A stretch of DNA of 64,000 nt from a virus: positions 96,001 through 160,000 of the IMG/VR virus record IMGVR_UViG_3300009509_000001; one strand, given 5' to 3'. Of this stretch, positions 1 through 8,740 are shown one piece after another (positions within the stretch are counted from its first letter, which is position 1; the number at the start of each line of letters is the position of its first letter). Below the pieces are notes generated by a model. It had not been told where the DNA came from and searched no databases. It saw nothing but the letters and a program-made list of their open reading frames with translations. A program made the translations under genes and the position numbers.

Positions 1-839
1 ACCCAGTATGATGCACGGTCGTCGTACGGGATGAGCGTCACATGCGGGTTCTTTATGGAGTCTGCGTAGTGCCTGGCATTGGCTCTGTGGGATCCGACGA
101 CGTATTCAAGGCACTCGAGATTACTGAGTCCGATCGAAGCGTTTATGTCGTTCATGTGGAACTTGAATCCGGCCTCCGCTATATCCTGCGCGCACCTGAA
201 AGACTTTGAAGACTTCCTGGAAAGCCCGTACCAGCGCAACAGCTCGGCACGCTCGTGCTGATCCGGGGGAACGACCAATATGCCGCCATCGCCGCTGGTA
301 AGATGTTTGATGGCCTGCAGGCTGAAGCATACATAATCACCGCCGGAGTCGGCGACGTGTCTCCCGTCGTACATGGTGCCGATGGCATGAGCCGCATCCT
401 CTATGATCGGAATGCCGAATTTACGCAATGCCTCGTAGTCGCATGGAACCCCGGCCCAGTCCACGCATACGATTGCTTTGGTCTTGTCGGTGATAAGCCG
501 CTCGACGGATTCAGGGTCTATGAGCCCTGTAGTCGCGTCGACGTCCGCCCACACGATGTCGGCACCGGAGTTTCGTATGGGTGTGTTCGTCGCCGAGCAT
601 GTCATCGGTGTCGTTATAACCTCATCCCCGGGGCCGGCGTCCACCATATGAAGGGCGAGAGTTATCGCCGACGTCGCCGAATTCACCGTAAGCGGTCGGC
701 GCTCACTGTTGAAATAAGCCCGTAGCTTCTCCTCGAACAGGTCCACCACCGGACCCTGGCCTATATATCCGCTATTCAGAACTTCGGTGACGGCGCGTGG
801 TGCCTCGTCGGACATAAACACCTTGAACAATGGAATCAT
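1..839 (-). CDS. DegT/DnrJ/EryC1/StrS family PLP-dependent sugar aminotransferase (3' truncated by window edge)
   Basis: Not in the ORF track because it has no stop in the window. Manual translation from ATG 839: MIPLFKVFMS..SGYIGQGP..NSATSAITLAL..PGDEVITTPMTCSATN..IIEDAAHAIG..FSLQAIKHLTSGDGG..GFKFHMNDINA. SD AAGGAG at 846-851. Confidence 0.93.
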   Translation of the reverse strand, partial: MIPLFKVFMSDEAPRAVTEVLNSGYIGQGPVVDLFEEKLRAYFNSERRPLTVNSATSAITLALHMVDAGPGDEVITTPMTCSATNTPIRNSGADIVWADVDATTGLIDPESVERLITDKTKAIVCVDWAGVPCDYEALRKFGIPIIEDAAHAIGTMYDGRHVADSGGDYVCFSLQAIKHLTSGDGGILVVPPDQHERAELLRWYGLSRKSSKSFRCAQDIAEAGFKFHMNDINASIGLSNLECLEYVVGSHRANARHYADSIKNPHVTLIPYDDRASYW

Positions 840-864
840 GTGCGTCTCCTTTGCGTTACGATCT

Positions 865-893
865 AAAGTAGCGGAACTTGCCGCCGGTGTCAA
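865..893 (-). promoter_or_regulatory. sigma70-type promoter TTGACA-N17-TACTTT for the aminotransferase
   Basis: Perfect -35, 17-nt spacer, -10 TAnnnT, upstream of SD and ATG 839. Confidence 0.8.
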
Positions 894-901
894 GCAAAAC
901 C

Positions 902-929
902 AAAAAGGCCCCGGCTAAATACCGAGGCC
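902..929 (-). terminator. Intrinsic terminator
   Basis: Minus strand GGCCTCGG-TATTTAG-CCGGGGCC followed by TTTTT. Confidence 0.8.
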
Positions 930-946
930 CGGATGGGATAGGGATA
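902..946 (-). ncRNA. Candidate ~45-nt small RNA (promoter 952-980 to terminator 902-929)
   Basis: Promoter directly followed by a short C-rich leader (AUCCCUAUCCCAUCC) and a terminator, with no coding capacity. Inferred only. Confidence 0.35.
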
Positions 947-951
947 CCGTT

Positions 952-980
952 ACAGTACGTCGGTTTGCCGGGAAAGTCAA
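952..980 (-). promoter_or_regulatory. sigma70-type promoter TTGACT-N17-TACTGT
   Basis: -35 at 975-980, -10 at 952-957, 17-nt spacer. Confidence 0.65.
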
Positions 981-1039
981 GCGAAATCGTTTGGTGAGTG
1001 ATTTTCATGTTGCCTGTGAATTGTAGGAGCCCGGGCACG

Positions 1040-1074
1040 AAAAAGCCCCCATGAACTAAATGATCAGGGGGGCT
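1040..1074 (-). terminator. Intrinsic terminator
   Basis: Minus strand AGCCCCCCTGATC-ATTTAG-TTCATGGGGGC followed by TTTTT. Confidence 0.75.
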
Positions 1075-1098
1075 CGGTGTTTTACCGGGGTGAGAACT
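1040..1098 (-). ncRNA. Candidate ~60-nt small RNA (promoter 1105-1133 to terminator 1040-1074)
   Basis: Promoter-terminator unit with an extra CGGT-AAAAC-ACCG hairpin. Inferred only. Confidence 0.35.
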
Positions 1099-1104
1099 TG
1101 GCAT

Positions 1105-1133
1105 AGTATACGAAGGAACTCCGCCGCTTTCAA
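1105..1133 (-). promoter_or_regulatory. sigma70-type promoter TTGAAA-N17-TATACT
   Basis: -35 at 1128-1133, -10 at 1105-1110. Confidence 0.75.
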
Positions 1134-1144
1134 GCCCCTATACG

Positions 1145-1170
1145 AAAAAAGGCCCCGGATTACCGGGACC
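1145..1170 (-). terminator. Intrinsic terminator ending the KTA gene cluster
   Basis: GGTCCCGG-TAAT-CCGGGGCC followed by TTTTTT, 33 nt after the stop at 1203. Confidence 0.85.
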
Positions 1171-1202
1171 TTCTGCACACCAATCGCTACTAGGAGGGAA
1201 AT

Positions 1203-3119
1203 CTATTCGTACGTCGTGACGTCGGGGGCGGCCGGCGGCAGGCCCTGCTGCTTGCGGCGCTCGTTGAGTTTACGCTGCATGGCCTGCATCTTCTGGATGC
1301 TCAGCTGCTCTTCCCGTCGGTTCTCTTCGATGGCGCCGCTTACGTCCGTGTACAGGCCGGGTATGTCACTCGGCCCGAACTTCGGGTTGCTAATGGCGCC
1401 GACGAACGCCGGGTTGTTCACGAAGTCGCCCTGGAACCGCTCGCCGAGCATGCCGCCCACGCCCTTGCGGATACGCTCCGGGTCGCCGGCCGCATCGCGC
1501 TTGATCTTGGCGATGTCCCACAAAGCCTTGTTGATCTGTTCGCGGGAGAGCTGCTCGCGGAACTCCGGCTTTATCGGCAACAGGTCCAGGTTGCGCATGG
1601 TCTTCTCGAGACTCGGGTGATCGCCGTACGAGCCGGCCTTGCCCTTGCTGAGATCCAGGGACGGTGCCGGTGTCTTGTGCTTGGCATAGGCCAGGGCCGC
1701 GGCCGCTCCGCCCAGGCCGAGGCTTGCAAGCCCCCAGCCCAACCGGTTCTCGGGACTGTTCATGGCCTTGATCGCCGAGTAGGCGCTGCCGGCACCGGCC
1801 AGACCCGCGCCGATCTCGTACTTGTAATCCTTGGCGTTCTCCCACATGGCCTTGCCGGCCTTCTTCCAGTCGAAGGCGCTGGTCTTGCGCAGGTCCTTCA
1901 CGTTCTGGTCGGCCATGGCCTTGCGCTTCTTCAGGCTCTTGAGCAGCATGCGGTCGGACTCAGCCGTGTCGGGCTTGCCGGCGAACCGCTTGTTCATGGC
2001 ATGAAGCAGGTACGGCAGTGCCGCGCCGCCCAGGCCGCCAAGCGTGCTCCACAGCAGCTTGTTCTTGTCGGCCGTCAGCCAGCCGAGGCTCGATCCCAGC
2101 GTGCCGCCCACCAGGCCGGCAACCACCGGGTTGAAATTGTATTTGTCGCTCTTGGCCTGCTCGTCGCGCACCAGCTTGGCGTCCTCGAAAGCGGCCAGCT
2201 TGTCGTTGATGTCCATCTGTGCGGCAAGGGCCGCATCGGTCTGGGCACTCCTGCCGCTCTTGTCGGCTTTGCCCACCATCATCTTGTCGGCGACGTACGC
2301 CGATCCCATCGGTACGGCGCCGGCCACTGCGGTCTTGGCCGCCCGTGCCATCGGACGCTGCCGGCCCGCATAGGCCCTGGGCGCCGATCCGAGCGGTCCC
2401 TCGACGCGTTTGCCGACGGCGCTCATGGCGCTTCGTGGCGTAAGCGGGATCTCACGGCCGAGCGTCGGATGGTCCTTGATGTATTTCTTGGCCTTCTTGC
2501 CGCCGAGCAGGTACATGAGGGCGGCGCTGCTGACGCCTGCGGTGGCGCCCATCTGTGCCGTCTCCTTCTGCATGTTGATGCCGAACAGTGGATCGTCCGG
2601 GTAGTCGACCTTGCCGACCGTGGCCTTCTTGTCGCCGTAATGGGCCTGCGCCCCGACGTGCGGCTCTTTGCCGCCGAGTATCAGCTCGACGTTCCCGCCG
2701 ACGGTCTCGCCGCTCGGTTCGATCTTAACCGGGTTGTACTCTCCGACGGTGCGGGCCACGTCGCCGACCTTGCGCTTGACGCTCTCGGGTAGAACGGTGC
2801 TCAACCCTTCCTTGACGCCCTTGATGCCCCTGAGCGTGTCGACCAGTGGCGGCAACGCCGTGTCGATCACCTTGCCGGTGAAATCCTTGTCGCGTCCCGC
2901 CGCTTCGTCGATCTTCGCCTGCTCTTCCGGCGTGCGCTGGCTGCGGCCGTACATCGACAGCATGACCGCCGGTGTGCCCAGCCGCAGGGCTGTGCTGCCC
3001 ATGGCCTTGGGCGCCGCCTTCATGCGGAGAACCGCCGCCTTGCGCTTCCAGGGGTTGGTGAAGAGGGTGCCTTTGCCGGCCGCCGTCTTCTGTATCGGTT
3101 TGTCGAGCAGACGTCCCAT
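1203..3119 (-). CDS. 638-aa K/A/G-rich protein with several glycine-zipper hydrophobic hairpins and KTA motifs; putative virion/membrane-inserting protein
   Basis: N-terminus MGRLLDKPIQKTAA; hydrophobic GxxxG segments (AGLVGGTLGSSLG..LGGLGGAALPYLL; GAGLAGAG..GLASLGLGGAAAAL). Confidence 0.8.
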   Translation of the reverse strand: MGRLLDKPIQKTAAGKGTLFTNPWKRKAAVLRMKAAPKAMGSTALRLGTPAVMLSMYGRSQRTPEEQAKIDEAAGRDKDFTGKVIDTALPPLVDTLRGIKGVKEGLSTVLPESVKRKVGDVARTVGEYNPVKIEPSGETVGGNVELILGGKEPHVGAQAHYGDKKATVGKVDYPDDPLFGINMQKETAQMGATAGVSSAALMYLLGGKKAKKYIKDHPTLGREIPLTPRSAMSAVGKRVEGPLGSAPRAYAGRQRPMARAAKTAVAGAVPMGSAYVADKMMVGKADKSGRSAQTDAALAAQMDINDKLAAFEDAKLVRDEQAKSDKYNFNPVVAGLVGGTLGSSLGWLTADKNKLLWSTLGGLGGAALPYLLHAMNKRFAGKPDTAESDRMLLKSLKKRKAMADQNVKDLRKTSAFDWKKAGKAMWENAKDYKYEIGAGLAGAGSAYSAIKAMNSPENRLGWGLASLGLGGAAAALAYAKHKTPAPSLDLSKGKAGSYGDHPSLEKTMRNLDLLPIKPEFREQLSREQINKALWDIAKIKRDAAGDPERIRKGVGGMLGERFQGDFVNNPAFVGAISNPKFGPSDIPGLYTDVSGAIEENRREEQLSIQKMQAMQRKLNERRKQQGLPPAAPDVTTYE

Positions 3120-3122
3120 GGG

Positions 3123-3875
3123 TTATGCCTTCTTCTTCTCGCGTTCCTTGATGTACTTGGCGAGCAATGCCGCCAGTCCGGCACCGGTCAATGCACCGCC
3201 GGCCGCGCCGATGAGGCCGCTGCCCATGCGGTTGCCCAGCGCGTATCCGCCGATGCCGCCGGCCAGGGCGCCGGCCGCTCCTGCCTGGAGCTCCTGATTG
3301 TTCTTGATCTCTTCGAGCAGTTCCTGCCATACGCTGGTGCGCGGGGCCGCCGTGCTGTGGGTCGTGTCCTTGGGCGGGTTGTAGTCGCTTACCATCCCGG
3401 TGGGACTCAGCTTCTCGCCGACCTTCTTGCCGACCGCTGCGGTGCCCAGCGTGCTTCCGGCCAGAATGGCCTTTCCTTTCTTGGTCTTGGCCAGTTCGCT
3501 TACTTCCGGACTCTTGGTGGCTTTGCCGTAGACACTGCCGGCCTTGGTGGCCTTGGGGACCGTGCCGCCGCTCGGAGCCGTAATAGTGGAACCGGCCTGC
3601 CCCGCCTGGCGGCCATAGTTGAAGTCGCTGACGATCTCGCCGGGACGGCGGGCCGCACCCTTCAGTGCGTCGACCGGCTTCTTCGTCTTGTCGAGGAGGC
3701 CGCCGACCAGATTCCTGATCGGGGTCCGCTTCGGCGGCATGGTCGCATCCATCAATTCGCCGAGCGAAGGCTTCTTCGCCTGCTTGTGTAGCTGTGCGGT
3801 CTTGGCCATCGGTTCATTGAAGCCGAAGGCCGTACGGAGTTCGCTCATCCGCTGGGGTGATACTGCATGTGTCAT
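3123..3875 (-). CDS. 250-aa KTA-motif protein with C-terminal glycine-zipper hairpin
   Basis: SD AGGAG; MAKTAQLHKQA; C-terminal AGAAGALAGGIGGYALG..GAAGGALTGAGLAALL. Confidence 0.8.
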   Translation of the reverse strand: MTHAVSPQRMSELRTAFGFNEPMAKTAQLHKQAKKPSLGELMDATMPPKRTPIRNLVGGLLDKTKKPVDALKGAARRPGEIVSDFNYGRQAGQAGSTITAPSGGTVPKATKAGSVYGKATKSPEVSELAKTKKGKAILAGSTLGTAAVGKKVGEKLSPTGMVSDYNPPKDTTHSTAAPRTSVWQELLEEIKNNQELQAGAAGALAGGIGGYALGNRMGSGLIGAAGGALTGAGLAALLAKYIKEREKKKA

Positions 3876-3891
3876 AGTGTGCTCCTGTATA

Positions 3892-5868
3892 CTATTTAGG
3901 TGTCATGGCGTTCATCTCGTCGTACCAGCTCTGGTTGGAAGCCGCCTGTCGGGCCTTCTCGGCCTGGTTGCGCAGCCTTGCGGCCCGCACGATCTCCTGG
4001 ATGCGTTCACCGAGGCTGGTGTCGGCACTCATGCTCTCGGCCCACTTGTTGCCGGCGGTCAGCTCGCCAAGCGTGTTGACGCTCTCGACGCCGCCGCGGA
4101 GTACGTTGCCGAACACCGGCACGCCCTCGCTGAAGTTTCGAACGAACCCGGTCGCACCGCCCCTCTTGCTGGTCTGCCGAAGGATGTCGCCGATCTCCGA
4201 CGGTTTGAGGGCCTCGGCCTCGAGCTTCGCACGGGCCATAAGGTCCTTGTACTCGGCATACACAGCGTCTCGTTCGTACCCGCTCATTTCATCAAAGTTC
4301 TTGCCTTCCGCGCCCACCATGCGCTTGGCGTGATGGGTGAGCAGATGGTGCGCCCTCCCGACGTCGCGCTTGGACTTCAGGGCTGCCACCGCCTTGTAGA
4401 AATCGTTCAGCTGCACCCGCTGCTCGAGCGGGCTTCCCTTGGTCGCCAGCGCATGGCCATAGGACAGTCCGATGCGCGCCGGGTTGTAGACCTGCATGGT
4501 CGTGCCAAGCGTGCCGAGTCCCATGACCTTCAATGCGTCGTTGCGCTTCTGGTTCCACTCGTCGTCCGTCATCTCGCCGGCCTGGTACTTCTTGAAATCG
4601 TCTTCCAGCATCGCTGCGGCTTCGGGTATGGCCTCCGCCATCTGCCGGGCGTTCTGCAGCTCGACCGGCGCCTTCTGCTCCAGATTGGATACGGCGGCAT
4701 TGAGCATCTTGTCGCCCTGACGGCCACGGTCGCCCTGCGTGACAAGGTTGGCAAAGTCCTCGAGCTCGATGGTCTTCTCGCCGGTCTTGGGATCGGTGGC
4801 CAGCATCTGGTAGGATTCCACGATGTTGTCGGCGATCTCAATGGGTATAAGGAGCTTGCCGGCCAGTTTCTCGGCACCGGGGCGCATCGCCGTGGGGCCG
4901 AAGCGTGCGGCCAGGTTGACGGGCAGCCCCAGCTGTCCGGCGATGATACCGGCCCGGTTCTCGGGATCGCTGGTCATCTGCGACCATAGATTGCTGACCT
5001 TCTCCACCGGCCCGCCGGCGCTTCCGCTTATGGGAATGCCCTCGGGAGTCGTCGTATAGGTTCCGTAGTCCTTCCAGCCGTGAGTGCCTTCCTTGCCCTC
5101 GACGATGTCGGCCATGGCATTGGTGATCCGGTTCGGGTGCATCGGGCTTATCTCGCCACTGCCGACCATACTGAAAATGGATCGCTCCGCCCGCTGGATG
5201 TCCTGGGGCGTCGGGATCTTGCCGGTCTTGTACTTGTGGACCACGGCGTAGTCGGTGAGCAGCTGGCGGCGCAGTTCGGGCGGCAGGCTGACGGTGGCAC
5301 CGCTGCCGACCGTGCCCTTGGCTTCGTAGGGCGCCACCTTCATGATGTCGCGCAAGGCCCCGCTCACTTCCTGAACGTCCTCGGGCTTCATCGTTTCGAA
5401 CTTGAGGTTCTCGTAGAGCGGCGCGTCCTCCTGCTGGAGCTGCTTGACGTCGGCCTGGTACTGGGCCTCGTCCTGCTTCTGAATGATGTCGCCCCGCTTG
5501 ACCCGCCGCTGCGGCTTGCCGGTACGGGGATCGATCGGAGTCGGCGGGGCCGCAACCTGTGGCTGCTGTGGCGTCGGCGGCTGTCCTGGCGTCGGCGGCG
5601 GCTGCGGCGTCGGCGGCGGTTTCGGGGAAGCCGCGCTTGTCGGCGGCTGTTTGCCGAAGCCCTGGCTCAGCGTGTTCTTGAACCGGTCGACCATCTTCGG
5701 GTCGTCCCATGCCTGGTAGCCCAGACCGGCTGCGGCGCCGAGCAGTGTGCCAGCACCGCTTACGCGGCCACGCAACGCCCATTCACCGAGGGTACCGGCT
5801 CCTGCGCCGATGCCGCCGGCGATCAACGCCTTTACCAGGTCGTCGCCTTTAAGTCGTGGTTTCGCCAA
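3892..5868 (-). CDS. ~658-aa protein with N-terminal glycine-zipper hairpin and Pro/Gln linker
   Basis: Start re-assigned to TTG 5868, which follows GGGAGG by 5 nt; the track start at 5982 would overlap the previous gene by over 130 nt. Confidence 0.8.
   Translation of the reverse strand: MAKPRLKGDDLVKALIAGGIGAGAGTLGEWALRGRVSGAGTLLGAAAGLGYQAWDDPKMVDRFKNTLSQGFGKQPPTSAASPKPPPTPQPPPTPGQPPTPQQPQVAAPPTPIDPRTGKPQRRVKRGDIIQKQDEAQYQADVKQLQQEDAPLYENLKFETMKPEDVQEVSGALRDIMKVAPYEAKGTVGSGATVSLPPELRRQLLTDYAVVHKYKTGKIPTPQDIQRAERSIFSMVGSGEISPMHPNRITNAMADIVEGKEGTHGWKDYGTYTTTPEGIPISGSAGGPVEKVSNLWSQMTSDPENRAGIIAGQLGLPVNLAARFGPTAMRPGAEKLAGKLLIPIEIADNIVESYQMLATDPKTGEKTIELEDFANLVTQGDRGRQGDKMLNAAVSNLEQKAPVELQNARQMAEAIPEAAAMLEDDFKKYQAGEMTDDEWNQKRNDALKVMGLGTLGTTMQVYNPARIGLSYGHALATKGSPLEQRVQLNDFYKAVAALKSKRDVGRAHHLLTHHAKRMVGAEGKNFDEMSGYERDAVYAEYKDLMARAKLEAEALKPSEIGDILRQTSKRGGATGFVRNFSEGVPVFGNVLRGGVESVNTLGELTAGNKWAESMSADTSLGERIQEIVRAARLRNQAEKARQAASNQSWYDEMNAMTPK
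5561..5622 (-). repeat. Imperfect in-frame tandem repeat encoding PPTPQ/PPTPG units
   Basis: KPPPTPQPPPTPGQPPTPQQPQ; repeated GGCGTCGGCGGC on the plus strand. Confidence 0.8.
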
Positions 5869-6898
5869 CTGTTCCTCCCTTGCCGATGTTCCATTCACGG
5901 CCGTAGGTGCTGCCGAGGCCCGCACCGGCCAATGCACCGCCGCCACCGCCGAGCAGTATGCCCAGCATGTAATCGGCCGCATCGGGGTTGGTTTTCATAA
6001 GTTTGGTGATGAGCATGCCCAAGCCGGCTCCGAGGGGTACGCCGGCCGCAGCGCCGACAAGGCCCTTGCTGCCGCGGTCAACCTTCTCGTTCAAAGCCTT
6101 CAGATGTTCGCCGACTTCGCCAACGCTCTTCTTGGTGGAACCCAGGTCCTCGCGGATCTGCTGGGTGCCTTCCTGGATGTCGCCCTTGACCCACGCCTCC
6201 TTGCGCATCATCTCGATCGTGTGGTCGATCAGCTCGAACATATTTCCAGGAACTCCTGGATTTGCGGTCTTCTCGATGCTGGCGTTCGGGGTCTTGCCAC
6301 GCTTGGCGAACGGCGTGGTGCCGACGCCCTGGTCGGCGTCCATGACCTGGAAGCTGTGGGGGTTCGATCCCTCGGTCTTCGAGTTACGGATCTTCTCGGC
6401 GAGCTGGCCGCGTGCATGCTTGCGGCAGGCGGCGGCCTTGATGACCCCGGCGACCTTGTGCATGACCCGCTGCTTGACGCCGGGCTCGTACTCGGCGTTC
6501 TTGATCAGATGCTCGGCGAGTAAACCGGTGCCGGCGGTCTTCTTCAGACTCGGGTACTTGGCGTGGACCTTGGCCCGGACCTGTGCCTTCTCTTCGTCGG
6601 TGCCGTGCATGCCCACCAGGCGAAGGGCGGAGCGTGCATGCTCGATGTCGTGTATCGGGTAGTTGCCGCTCTTCTTCTTTTCCTTGGCGTTCTCAGCCTT
6701 TCCGGGGATGGCGAAATTCTTCGTGGCGATGTGGCTGCGCTGCTTGGCCTTGAGGGTCGCTGACTTCTTGTGGCCCTTCTTCTTCTGCTTGTTGGCGGTG
6801 GCGTAGAAGATCTGTTCGCCCTTCTTGTCGCCGTACTGCTTCTTCATCTGGGCCATGACCTCTTCGCCCTTGCCGTCGTAGTATTTGGATAGTGGCAT
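5849..6898 (-). CDS. 349-aa KTA-motif protein with a DUF6582-like module and C-terminal glycine zipper
   Basis: FAIPG..YPIHDIEHARSALRLV..VRAKVHAKYPSL resembles DUF6582 (from recall, needs HMM check). Motifs KKSA, KKTA, IKNA, EKTA, RKEA. Confidence 0.8.
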   Translation of the reverse strand: MPLSKYYDGKGEEVMAQMKKQYGDKKGEQIFYATANKQKKKGHKKSATLKAKQRSHIATKNFAIPGKAENAKEKKKSGNYPIHDIEHARSALRLVGMHGTDEEKAQVRAKVHAKYPSLKKTAGTGLLAEHLIKNAEYEPGVKQRVMHKVAGVIKAAACRKHARGQLAEKIRNSKTEGSNPHSFQVMDADQGVGTTPFAKRGKTPNASIEKTANPGVPGNMFELIDHTIEMMRKEAWVKGDIQEGTQQIREDLGSTKKSVGEVGEHLKALNEKVDRGSKGLVGAAAGVPLGAGLGMLITKLMKTNPDAADYMLGILLGGGGGALAGAGLGSTYGREWNIGKGGTVGETTT

Positions 6899-6909
6899 GT
6901 GTGCCCTCC

Positions 6910-7233
6910 TTAACGGGGTATGCGCCGTTGCACCAGCTCCTGCCGGGGCTTGAAGTCACGGTCCACGTAACCGCCCCGATTGTAGCTGGCTTTGCTGACG
7001 TTCATCGGCTGCTTGCTGGCCACGTTGGCTGGGTCGATCGGTGCACCCTTGATCTCGCGGCTTCCGGTCGGGCTCTGGCCACGCTTCATCCGTGCCAGGT
7101 TCTGTTGACGGAGCTTCTCGGCTGCCGCCTTCTTCGCTTGGGCCGCCCGCTGCATCTCCATCATCTGTTGCCGGGCGGCGGCGTTGCGATCGAAAGCCGT
7201 CTTGCGGATCAACGCGTCTTTGAGATGTCCCAT
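6910..7233 (-). CDS. 107-aa basic protein with MGHLKDALIRKTA leader
   Basis: SD AGGAGG; leader shared with neighbouring genes. Confidence 0.8.
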   Translation of the reverse strand: MGHLKDALIRKTAFDRNAAARQQMMEMQRAAQAKKAAAEKLRQQNLARMKRGQSPTGSREIKGAPIDPANVASKQPMNVSKASYNRGGYVDRDFKPRQELVQRRIPR

Positions 7234-7242
7234 GGTCGCCTC

Positions 7243-8517
7243 CTACTTCTTAGTGGCGTCGTACTTGTGCTGGGCCACGATGGCCTTGCGGGCACCAGGG
7301 CTCACGCGGCCTTTGAAGTTGACGTTCGGGTACTTCTTCTTGGCGGCCTTCAGGCCCATGTTCTCGGCCTTGGTCTCAGCCTGCTCGACCTTCAGGTTCT
7401 TGCGGCCGGCCGCGGCGTCCGTCTGTTCACCGACGGCGACTGCGGCCTGCTTCGTGAGCAGGGCTGCCACCAGGTCGTTGACGACTTCATGCTTGACGCT
7501 TGCGGCCTTGCTGAGGTCTGCCCGCTCGTTGGCACGGGGCCTGGCCGGCGGGAACGTGCTCGGTGTCAATGACGGGGCGCCCAGTCCCGGCTTGGGCGGA
7601 TACTTCTTGCGGATCATCTCGTAAATCTTGCGCTTTTTGCTCTCCGGGCTTTCCTGCACGGCGCTTGGCTGAGTGGCGCCCGGCATTCCCAGCGGGGCGA
7701 TGGGCTTGGGCATCGTCTGTACGCCGGCGGCGACTCCGCCTGCGTTGCCGCCCTGCCGCACGGATTCTAAAATGCCTTTGCCGATTCTGCTGAGATTTCC
7801 GGATCTGGCAGTTTTACGGATAAGTGCTTCAGTTAACAGTCCCATTGGTGTGTCTCCTTGTTGTTCTGCGGTCTTCGGCAGCTGGCGGCCTTCGCTCATC
7901 TGCTGTGCAAGTATCTTCCAGTCTTCGGGCGTCATGGTTTCGCGCCGTGCCATCCAGCGGCCGAGGGCGCTGCCCATACCGGTACCGAGTGCGGCACCGC
8001 CCAGTCCACCGGCCACTCCGCCGATTGCGGCGGCGGTACCCTTGGCGTCGTCACTGGCCTTGTTGAACAGGGCGAGCATGATCGCCGCACCCATGCCGGC
8101 GCCGGTGGCTCCGCCGACCAGACCGCCGCTTGCGCCGCCCAGTCCCTGGAGTGCAGCGGACTCGAGCCGGCTGCTGCCACGGGCGGGTCGGGCCAAACCA
8201 TGAGCGGCACCACCCACGAACGGGATGGTCTGGATCAAATCTGTCTTGTCGTCGAAGGCGGCGGCTTTCATGATCACCGGGCCACCCTTCTCGTTGGCGG
8301 CGTCAAGCGCTGCCTGAGCCTGGGACTTCAGCTTCTCGGCCTCAAGTTCCTTGGAATGCGTGTCGACGTACCACTGGGCAGTGCGCCGCACATGCTCCGG
8401 CGTATTCGGATCGTCGAGTACGGCCTGGGCCTTTTCGATCTCGGCGGCCTTGTCGACCTTGAACATATCCATGAGTCCGGCAGTCTTGCGGACGAGGGCA
8501 TTTGCGAGTAGCGGCAT
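7243..8517 (-). CDS. 424-aa KTA-motif glycine-zipper protein with internal in-frame start at 7845
   Basis: Start re-assigned to ATG 8517 (SD AGGAG; MPLLANALVRKTA). A second SD AAGGAG and ATG at 7845 give MGLLTEALIRKTA. Confidence 0.8.
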   Translation of the reverse strand: MPLLANALVRKTAGLMDMFKVDKAAEIEKAQAVLDDPNTPEHVRRTAQWYVDTHSKELEAEKLKSQAQAALDAANEKGGPVIMKAAAFDDKTDLIQTIPFVGGAAHGLARPARGSSRLESAALQGLGGASGGLVGGATGAGMGAAIMLALFNKASDDAKGTAAAIGGVAGGLGGAALGTGMGSALGRWMARRETMTPEDWKILAQQMSEGRQLPKTAEQQGDTPMGLLTEALIRKTARSGNLSRIGKGILESVRQGGNAGGVAAGVQTMPKPIAPLGMPGATQPSAVQESPESKKRKIYEMIRKKYPPKPGLGAPSLTPSTFPPARPRANERADLSKAASVKHEVVNDLVAALLTKQAAVAVGEQTDAAAGRKNLKVEQAETKAENMGLKAAKKKYPNVNFKGRVSPGARKAIVAQHKYDATKK

Positions 8518-8559
8518 ATCTGGATCTCCTGTATGATTCGGTGTTAGTCGCTTCCTGTT

Positions 8560-8588
8560 AATATACTCCACCGGTTTCGCGCACGCAA
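8560..8588 (-). promoter_or_regulatory. sigma70-type promoter TTGCGT-N17-TATATT
   Basis: In the 8518-8740 intergenic gap, about 45 nt upstream of ATG 8517. Confidence 0.6.
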
Positions 8589-8634
8589 GCAACGACCCCG
8601 GTCTGCGGATGGCACGGCACACGCCTCGTCGGGC

Positions 8635-8653
8635 AGGCCCCCTTACGGGGCCT
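8635..8653. other. GC-rich hairpin without U-tract
   Basis: AGGCCCC-CTTAC-GGGGCCT between the 941-aa gene and the next promoter. Confidence 0.4.
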
Positions 8654-8740
8654 CGATGGTTTGCATGCGCTTACACGTTGTCCGTGTGCAATCCGTTGCC
8701 CCGGAGGGGCACCTGTTCGTTCCGGAAAATGTCCTGGATT

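Noticed and set aside
856-1104. 82-aa ORF across the promoter-terminator stack
   Set aside because: Its ATG abuts the -10 box, so it would not be transcribed from that promoter, and it crosses two terminators.
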